This document shows, piece after piece, positions 54,801 through 64,000 of a stretch of 64,000 nucleotides of DNA. The number at the start of each line of letters is the position of its first letter. Within the stretch, counting starts at the first letter, position 1. The notes beneath the pieces were generated by a model that saw only the letters and a program-made list of their open reading frames with translations, was not told the origin of the DNA and ran no database searches. Origin of the DNA: Bigelowiella natans CCMP2755. Lineage: Eukaryota; Protista; Cercozoa. The stretch covers positions 186,001 to 250,000 of the forward strand of contig ADNK01000427.1 in the NCBI GenBank assembly GCA_000320545.1. The letters run 5' to 3'. A program made the translations under genes and the position numbers.

Positions 54801-57800
54801 AGTGATATGCTGGCGGATATTTGCTCTCGTGAGAAATACCTTGGATTCGATACTAATGTTCTCATTTTTTGGAGAGCATTTTTAATATGTGAACGCTTTC
54901 CAAGTCGTCGCTTTAGCCTTGAAGAAGCTAGGGCCAGCCCTCCTTTTGCATCGCTGTATTTTCCTTCTTTTTTGTCCTTAGAGTCGCCGGCATCGCTACC
55001 GTTTTGGTCCTCGTCTAGATGCCTGAAAAGCCGCTTCAAAATTGTCCAAAACCTAACCCGCAATTCTTTTGTTCTCGCAATCTTTGTGAGAGCTTTCTTT
55101 AAGTTCGGATCACGGATGTAACTGGCTACTTGGTGCAGTATGGAAAAGGTGAGCGTTCTGAGAATCTTACTCCCAAGTTTCTTGGCGAAAAGAGAATTTG
55201 TGATACTGTCACGCATGGCTGCAAGCATGGACGATATCGAAGAATATACCAAGTCATCCTCTGAAGACAAATTAAAGAAAGGAGCCAGTATGCTGACGTA
55301 TGGATGCTCAGCAGTGCCAAGAAACAGCTCTTTCATGCTCTCTGGCAAACCAAGCTCTTTCATAGGGTCTACTTTATAAATCGTTGTACTTCCTCTTCTG
55401 CCATCTGATGAACTACCCATCTGTTTTCTGTTTGCCTGTAGTACTACAAATTCTTCTAACCCTTCCAAAGTTCTGATCTTTCTCAATGATTTTTCATCTA
55501 AATCAAGTTTCTTCCTAAGCGCGCGTTTTGCATGTCTTATCATGATTTTCTCCGCAGTTCTTTTCATTTTCGGGTAATCATCGACTGGAATGTGGATGTG
55601 GTCTTCCTTTACTCCTTTCATCTTCAAGACGTTTTGAAACATTGCGCTCATCAGAAAGTTCCCTGCGTAATCAATTTTATCAACCAAGCTGTTTTTACCA
55701 TTTTTCAAGGCATCTTCCATTTCCATCATATCGACGCCCAACCCTGGGATTCGCCTGAGCAGAAGGCCTGTAAAAACTTGAATCTCCTTCATAAGTATCG
55801 TCCTTATGATAGATTCTACTTGATTATTTGTTATGTTGGCTAAATTTGCCTTTGAGACTCCTCGAATTCCGTATACCTTGAGGACAATTCTCACAGATCT
55901 GAAGAATACATCCTGTTGTATCAAGGTTTTGAGAAATCCGAACGAGGATTCAAACCCAAACATGTAGCGTTTCATGAAGGCGATGAGTTCGCCTGCCAGC
56001 CATTCCCACTTGAATTGGCCTTCTCGAATTTTCTTCTGCATCGAAGACTCGATATAAAATAGCTCGTTAACACCTCCATTTAGTGATTGAAAGAGCTGGT
56101 GCATTTTATGCGTATTCATTCCGAGGGCCTTTTCAATATCACCAAGCGCTGACGTGATAGACGACAAGAGGCGATCCCATTTGTATTTCAGAGATTCAAT
56201 AAATTCTTCTCTGGCCTTCATAAATGCCTCCTTTTCTTGCACCCCCCATTCCTCATCTTCCACGGCGTGCAGATTTTCATTATGGAAAAAGTCCAAGCTC
56301 TCAAAAAATGAAGGACGCTTATTCTTTTTTTCCAAAGTCGGTGATGTCAAGCCGCTGGCTGTGGAGAATCTGCGAACCATACTTCTGGCAGAGCCAACAA
56401 GAGAATTGGTACTCAATGACTTGGGAATGAAGCTTCGAGCCTTCGTCCCGTGCTTCTTCTTGTCAACGTGAGAGCTTGAATTTACAGATACTTTCCGTTC
56501 CACATCTGCTGCAGGGCAAGGAGGATTTTGCTTGTGGTCTTGTTTATAGGAGCTGTTTCGTCTCTTTTTCTTCGCGCTTAGTTTCCGGTGGATAGCAGGA
56601 GCGTTGCCGTTCTTGAGGAGTGGCATCTGTAGCACGCAATCATGCCGTCATCACATCATCGTCGTTAGTATCATTCTGTACCCCTGACGGGACAAATCTA
56701 TGTGCTTCCAACGAACGAAACGCAAAACATTAAACACAAGGTATGTACAGATGGTATATCTACGTCGTTTCTCAGTTATATTCTCAAGCACACGCAAACG
56801 AATGATACTGCTAACGCAAGGTCCAGACCCCTGTAGGTGACGGAGTAGAGTTGGCCCCCATTCCTGAGTCAGGAGCCCTAGGAGATAACAAATTTTCCAT
56901 TTCCTTCTTGCTATCTTTGCTAGAGGCTGGTTCTCCTTTCCCTCCAGCATCTTCTCCGCTTGCTGTAGCAGGAGAGGCTAAGGAGGGTCCCCCATCGATG
57001 CTGACAATACTTTTCTCTCCCGATTTTACGTCCGAGTTTTTTGACTCGAAGTGCATTTCGTCCCCCTTTCCAAAATCCAGCAAAAGGTACTTTACTTAGT
57101 ATTATGTGACCTCCCAGAGTTGGTGTTGCACCAGAGAAATAGTACCTCATGAATGCTCATCTCACTATCCAGAGAGTATATACTGCTGAGCCCATCATCG
57201 TCTCCGCCATGGTCGTTCTGGTTGCATTTTTTATAAGTTAAAAAAACGAGGCACTTGTTTTTGTGTTTGGAAGAGAAATAAACCTACCCCTGGAAGCTTC
57301 TCATCGTCGTCAAAATCATTGAAGTCATCATCATCATCATCATCATTCTCTCCCCCTTCCTCAGGTTCATCATCTTCTGGATCCCCGAAGAGGATGTGCA
57401 TGGCGTTCCAAACCACGTTCTTTAGCCGTGTAATCGGGTCGAAGACTAATGGAGGAAGTCAAACAAGTTTACGTTTGGCCAAATACCAGTTTAGGTAGAT
57501 TGATGAAGTGATGCGGGATATGCGGCATTACTACCCAATCTGTGGAAATCGAGAGCAATCAGACCCATTCCAACCGTGACCACAATCTGTCAAGTGCGTA
57601 CATACAGCAGCCAATCTATAACACACTACTCCAGCAAAAATGGAAGAAGGTATTATAATAATGACGATGACGACGACGATGACGATGATGGTGGTGGTTG
57701 TGATGTGGTACTTACAGCAAGGAGGAAAGTAAGGATCAGGTTGTTCTGAGCTTCCTGCAAGACGATATCCTTTAGCGAAAATATCGCTGCGTTGGGACAA

Positions 57801-58933
57801 GAACTTCCTTCGATGTCGCTCAAACCTAGAGAAGAAGATGTTAATTGTTCAAATCACATCCGATTATATATATACCCGTGCGTACACAAAGATATGCGGC
57901 TAAATCGCCGACAACTCTCCCTTTATGAGCACGTGTTGATGTTACCAGATGAGGTCTACCATTGCAATCGTTCGTTCAATATGTATATATTTCGTGAAGA
58001 TATTCTCCCTCAGAAATGTGGAAGTTGATACATACTTAATAAATTGCCGCATGATCCTTGGGTTGCCACGAATTCCATCTCTCCCAACCTTAATGATTTT
58101 ACCTCGGACCTGCATCATAGAAATGGATATGTTCAGTATAGCCATTCTTGATGAGAATGTGCTAGATGGAGCTGAATGAAAGCTGCTAGGTCTCATGCTG
58201 TTTCCTCTCTCCCTCCTTCGCTTCCCCCCCTCCCTCAAAACGATTTGTCAGTCTTAAGGAAAATAGTAACCAATCTGAAATGAATTCGGTATTGTTGATC
58301 TTTAGATACAACAACGGGGATCCATTGTACTCGACCCCTGAAACAATAAGACTACGTTTAGGATTATGCCTAATTTCAAGTCGCCAACCCCCCCCACCCC
58401 CCCCTTCTCTCTCTCTCTCTCTCTGAACACATGTGTGTGTGGGTGTTTGTGTGCGTGTGTGCGCACGCATGTATGTGTATATATGTCAGCATGTACATGG
58501 ATGCACACACGGGAGGAGAAAGAACAAGGGAGAGAAGTAAGAGGTATCATCGTATCAATATTGCCTACTATCACCTTCCGGATTTCCCTCTTTGTACGTG
58601 TTAAGAACTGCTGAGAAGACCACTCCGTTTGTTCCGTTTGCATCGGCTTTCGCCGCGTTAACCACCATCTAACCCAAAGTAGAGATCAATCCTTCGACTT
58701 AGTACGGTGAAACCAATAAATCCATCAACCAATCAAACACAAATCCTTCTCTGCGCGACATATAATCTGTACCTCTAGGCCCTGAACCTTCTGCAGAGCT
58801 GCCATCTCAACTTCCAGCAGTGTGAAGACCACGAGAAGCAGTAACATCATGCAGGTAATCTGCACACATTCAAAACCATACACAAATGTAAGCTATTTGA
58901 GTCTTGCCATCGTTACAAAGTGTAACACAATAA

Positions 58934-59024
<91 letters not shown>

Positions 59025-60325
59025 CTAAACGGGGAGGGGGGGTGGTGAGTTCAAAAAGGGGATGTAGTGAGAAGTAAACCTTGGAAGTGAGCACTTCAAG
59101 AACGTATCCTCCGATCTTGCTGGGTTGAAGAATCTAAGTAAAAATCAATTTTAAAATTGGTGGCCATCCTGTAAGTCACTGTTCATTTTATCATTCGATG
59201 GGTTTTACGCTTATGTTGCAAATATATGCGACTACATAGTCATGTTGATGTCGAATGTAAAGAAACGGAGGAAGAAAAAGCAATATCGTGGAGGTTTTGA
59301 CAGGTTTACCAATTCCGCAGTGTCCACTTGGTGCCGCCCTCTGCGAATACAATGAAGACTTCAGTTAACTCCATACATCAAGATTAGAAGAAAAATACAA
59401 TCAAGCTACGAGCACAATTGAAATCATGCTCTCGGATGTTGTAATTACGTCTCTTCGTCATGCTTGAAGATTTCATCGTGCACGTCTCTTCCAAAGTGCT
59501 GCAGATAGGCTCCAGGAGCATTTGTCAAACCTTCCCATTGTTCAAAATTCTCGATCATTTCACAGAGCTTATTTTATTTTGTAGATCAGTGCAACTTCTA
59601 CAGCAAATGCATCGTAATAAATGATACCTAATTCTCCTTGGGCGTTGATTAGCTGTGGGTTTGTGGTCTTAGTGCTCGATTCAGCTTCTGTCTTCTTCGC
59701 TTCGTTCTTTAGATTTTCACTCTGCGTCATCACATTGAAAGGAGCATATGTTAGCAAACAGCGAAGTTCTCTCCCCTCTCAAAATAAAGCCAATGGATTG
59801 AAAACGCAAAAACTCAGTAACCTCTTTGCTTTTGCCCATTGCGTCCATTTCAACTCCATTTTCTAGATCCTATGGATTTATTGATATCAATTGCTAAGTA
59901 TCAACTCTATGCAAGACTGATGCTTAAGCACTTTCTGACCTTAATCTTCCCATCAGCTTTGTCACCATCTTCCTGATCTCCTTCTTGTTCATCGTCTTTC
60001 TCGGCATCACCATTAGCGCATGCTCCACGGCAGCGAATTATTGCTAGAGTAAGATCGATGACGAAAGAGACGAACTGTCCCAGTACTTTTGGAACCTTTG
60101 TCGCTCTACCCGCTCGGCTTCCAACCCTTGCAACTCTTGCCGTCCGCGCTACTACCCCAACAGATCCACTCCCAAACAAGATGTCTGAGAAATCGAGTTC
60201 TACTCCTTCAATCGTCAGTCGAATGAGCGTGAATATTCCCATCACTAACCACAGCATTACGTCACAAATTCTAGTCAGAAGACACATATGTAGGTATGTA
60301 CAATACACTACACACACACACTCAC

Positions 60326-60381
<56 letters not shown>

Positions 60382-60386
60382 TCACA

Positions 60387-60445
<59 letters not shown>

Positions 60446-61014
60446 TGTGTGTGTGTGTATGGAAATATCATCGCGTAGAATTCATATTCACGAGATGTGC
60501 ATTCGACTTCATAATGCAACCATGCCTAACGGTGGACTCCCAGCATTGCACCGCTGCTGCTACTACTACTACAACAACTACTATTCTAAAACTAACTGCG
60601 CGCCGGTCCGACCTCAACGACAAAAGTGAGGAAGCAGACAACTGTAGTCCAGCCAAGTACATTGTCGTACTCTTTTGAAATTTTGCATAATATCCATATA
60701 TCGTGCGCGAAAAGGGCAAACGCCGTCATGAATGTTATCTGTTTAAAATTTGTACAGTGAAGAGAATTGGAGAATAGGGAGAGGAGGAGGAGCGCAGGAT
60801 TAAGGGAGGAAAGAATAGTTAGAAAAAAAAAAAAAAAAAAAGAGGGCGGCGCAACACAACTATGGAGTTCTTCTAGTGTGTTACCAGGCGCCCAAACGCT
60901 GTTGACTTCCTTAGCCTTTCTGCGCAGGTGTTGTCGGTGTCCAAAATATGAACTTTGAACTCCGCATTCTCCCCGATCGCCGCCTGGTAATCCATCATAT
61001 GTTTTGAGAGTACT

Positions 61015-61049
<35 letters not shown>

Positions 61050-61172
61050 CTGAAACTCATCGCGGCTGTACCTTTTCTAGCATGTCGTTTTCAACTTCAA
61101 TGACAACTGTATACATCCGGTACAATTATCAGGAAGCGAATACGATATTAGATAAAGATTATAATCAGCCTA

Positions 61173-61219
<47 letters not shown>

Positions 61220-61254
61220 CGCGGCGGGAACAAACGCAGACAGATGGAGAGAGG

Positions 61255-61296
<42 letters not shown>

Positions 61297-61850
61297 ACAC
61301 TAAATTCCCATTATTTTTCTATGAAATATTAACAAAAATACTACCCTTAAAGGTCATTGTTCCCGAATCAGACGGGTCGTCGAATATGAATATCTCTATC
61401 TGTTTTTCTATTTCTCCTTCTTGGAAGCAAACTAGTTTATTGATGGCTCCGAAGTTTGAGCCTATTTGGTCGAGTGTGGGCAATACTTTATTGTGGCATT
61501 AGAAATTTCCATGAAGATTAAGAATTACCTGGAACGGCTGTTTCAGCAACGGTGTATACCACAACATCGAGGGCCACGTTGGGATCTCCATCACGCTTTA
61601 GCACAGCGGTCACACGTCCTTTGTTCTCATAAACTTGGGCCGATTTGGTGGCCCATTGGATGGTGCATGGTGCAGTAGTTATGTCAGCAACGGAAAGTTG
61701 ACTTCTTAACCCTCTCAGCCTTGAGAATGAATTGTCTCTACTCTTTTTCTGATCTTTTGAGTCTGCTAAATGCGTCGAATTGTCAAGGGGATTGTTCACA
61801 AAAGCCTCCTTGTGGTCGGCGGGTGCTTTTCCAGCGCTGGCCTCCTCCAT
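51806..61850 (-). CDS. Giant membrane protein: Calx-beta domain, voltage-sensor-like TM module, acidic linker, then about 1600 aa of helical tail with internal repeats
   Basis: Calx-beta: [26 protein letters not shown]...[12 protein letters not shown]...[22 protein letters not shown]: [12 protein letters not shown]; [10 protein letters not shown]; S4 [18 protein letters not shown]; [27 protein letters not shown]; [16 protein letters not shown]. The terminal exon is the 1609-codon ORF. Confidence 0.8.
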
Positions 61851-62219
61851 CCCTACTCCGCTATGGTATTTTAAGACAAGGTCGCAGTTGACAAGGCCTC
61901 TTCTGTTTGCATGTCCATCAAAATCTACTGCAGAGCTGAATCGAGGGTGGGGAGCTATTCCTCACTCAGTAGTTTGCATACAACCGCCGGCCGGAAACCG
62001 CCAACATTTCAAAAAATAAAACGGCGCGGGGATTTCTTGTCATTTCTCGGACTTTTGCTATGTCGCTTTATCGTATTCAAATGAAAATTTATTCCCATTT
62101 GACATTGTGCAAAAAAGCATGATGTTTTCTGCGAAATATGATATTTTGTTCTGTCGCAGGATAGATTCCGTGGAAAGGCGAAAAAGCTGAGAAACATCGA
62201 CAACGAGCTTGGCAGGATA

Positions 62220-62892
62220 ATGAGCGGGTCGTTGGACCTGGATGAGAACCCTGGCTCCGAGGCTAAGGAAGATTCTAAGTACATCAAACTCATCAGGTGT
62301 CATATTTAGATATTCTTAGAGTGTACTCGTAGTAATTTTGAGATGGATTTTTCATGTGTGGAGTTTTTTATGAACGAAACCAACATGGAAAAATAGAATC
62401 GGGATGATGCTTCCTCGTTCAAGAAGAGGGAGTCACTCCCGATGACTGATTATTATGTCATAGTTACTCTGACCGATTCTCATCCACCCACACACAAAAA
62501 TGCGGTTCTTACCTACATTTGGAGGTGTCTGAATGTTCTTTTCTCTTACCGGAATTAGCAAAGAAGGGGCTGAAATTATTTGCTCAAAAAAAGTGGCTGT
62601 CGCCTCTGGCACAATACGAGCGATGTTGACCGGACCTGGTAAGGATTTATACATTCAGCACTTTTACATACGGCTGATATAAAGATTTACTCTAGGTAAA
62701 TGGAAAGAGAACTCTGGGCCAGTTCCAACGATCCACTTCGAAACGATCGAAGCTTCTGTCCTAGAGAAAGTTGTCCAATATTTTTACTACAAGAGCCAAC
62801 ACGATAATACACAGGGTCCGATAGAAAAATTTGACATAGAATTAGGCCAAATAATCCCCCTTTTAATTGCTGCGAACTATCTCGATACGTGA
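62220..62892 (+). CDS. ELOC: Elongin C (SKP1/BTB family); 3 coding exons
   Basis: KYIKLI-SKEGAEIICSKKVAVASGTIRAMLTGPG-KWKE...HFETIEASVLEKVVQYFYYK...FDI...LLIAANYLDT*. Not in the ORF track. Confidence 0.93.
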
Positions 62893-62959
62893 TACGTTGA
62901 GCATCCCTTGTTGATGTAATTAAAGATATGAATTCAAGTTGTCGCTTCAACCTACATTT

Positions 62960-63800
62960 TCTGCAGCTGTGCTGGTGCTACATGTATCAGTGAATATATA
63001 ATAGGTAGTCTGCTGCATGTAATGTGGGCATGATATAATTTCTATATCTGACTGTGCATGTACAACGTGTGTGAGGCGAAGTACGTGCATCCCTATATGG
63101 ATCCAAATCGTTGTCGTCATTTTAATGATGATGAATATGCAAATTTTAATACAAGTCGGAATTGAGACAGTTGGGATTCGGGCTAGTATTTCATGCATGT
63201 GTACTAGTGTAGCCATTGTCCAATCAGCGCTCTGTGGTGTTAGCTAGTTAGTTTCAGCATTGTATCGTATCTACGTGCGCACATCATGGTACGCTGGCCT
63301 CACATATGCAGGGATTCTTCTAGCGGAGATTTGAGGGTGTAAAAATTAGAGATTCAGGGTGTAATAAGAGCAAACAAAATCAAAGCAAAATGCAGAAAAT
63401 TGATCGCAAATATTAGCGCTTCGCAGGGTGTAAGCTCACACCCATTTACACCCGGCCCTTGGAATAATCCCAGCACATATGTGTAGCAGGCACGCACTGC
63501 TGTGTGCACCGCGCGACTTCAACGACACAGCATGGTACTTATGCATGAATGCGGCACATAGTAGTAGCAGCAATCAACAGATGCAACATAGCTAGATAGG
63601 CGTTAATTTAGCCGCCACTTTTCATAGCTACATTAGGATGACTATTGAAAATATTTACTTAATCACATCATTACATCCGTATAGTCTTATATGCGTAGCA
63701 TGCGGCTGGTGTGACGGTAGTTGCTACTGTCTGGTAGTGTATAAGTTATGTGTCTATTGTTGATTATGCTACATGCTATGGCAATGCAACGCAGTTGATG
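62960..63800. other. Palindromic-tetramer tract 8, convergent spacer (interrupted by a MITE)
   Basis: gtgcatgtacaacgtg, catgcatgtgtactagtgtagc, tagctagttag, gcgtagcatgcgg. Confidence 0.7.
63309..63473. mobile_element. 165-bp non-autonomous hAT-type MITE
   Basis: 8-bp TSD CACATATG at 63301-63308 and 63474-63481; imperfect TIRs CAGGGATTCTTCTA and (reverse complement) CTGGGATTATTCCA; internal AGGGTGTAA x3 and an inverted TTACACCC. Confidence 0.85.
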
Positions 63801-63862
63801 CCGTCTGCCTATGATTCTATTGCGCCCGCCAGTTCAATAAAATAAACGACACTGATTGCTTA

Positions 63863-64000
63863 TCAGAAAGATTCTGGCGAAGGAGGCGGTTCTCTGATTT
63901 GCCTATGTTCTTCATACATCTGTAAGACAAATTTCCCACACGGCCGGTCCCGAAACATGTCGCTCTCTTTCTGTGCCTGTGGTGTCATCATTTCCCGCTT
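63863..64000 (-). CDS. 3' end of a minus-strand gene entering from beyond the window
   Basis: cag|ATG TAT GAA...: terminal exon MYEEHRQIREPPPSPESF* ending in TGA ahead of tract 8. Confidence 0.45.
   Translation of the reverse strand, partial: KREMMTPQAQKESDMFRDRPCGKFVLQMYEEHRQIREPPPSPESF

Noticed and set aside
6464-61850. Split voltage-sensing phosphatase (PTEN-like gene plus voltage-sensor gene in one window)
   Set aside because: The genes are 40 kb apart on opposite strands, and the sensor resembles the cyclase-associated type rather than VSP; no evidence links them.
1-64000. CRISPR arrays, rRNA/tRNA genes, autonomous transposase or RT ORFs, alternative genetic code
   Set aside because: None recognised; genes end in TAA, TAG and TGA and conserved exons translate cleanly with the standard code.

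Overview
Intron-rich eukaryotic nuclear DNA from a flagellated protist, probably with a complex plastid (chlorarachniophyte-like; an inference from IFT144, a bipartite-leader RlmH and the intron style). Manual splicing on both strands gives 17 genes or gene fragments. In order: unknown organelle-targeted protein(-), RlmH(+), coiled-coil protein(-), PH plus triple-PTEN protein(+), NDUFAF7(-), 2OG-Fe(II) oxygenase-like(+), IFT144/WDR19(-), atypical E2F(+), TOG/CLASP-like(-), coiled-coil protein(+), HCCS(-), TOM7(+), mitochondrial Sel1-repeat protein(-), ATP synthase subunit k-like(+), giant Calx-beta/voltage-sensor protein with an unrecognised repeated domain(-), Elongin C(+), and the 3' end of a further gene(-). 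Gene orientation alternates without exception. All eight tail-to-tail spacers carry a distinctive tract rich in self-complementary 4-mers (CTAG/AGCT/TGCA/CATG/ACGT/GTAC), and one of them hosts a hAT-type MITE. Exon joins were deduced by eye and gene ends are approximate where stated.
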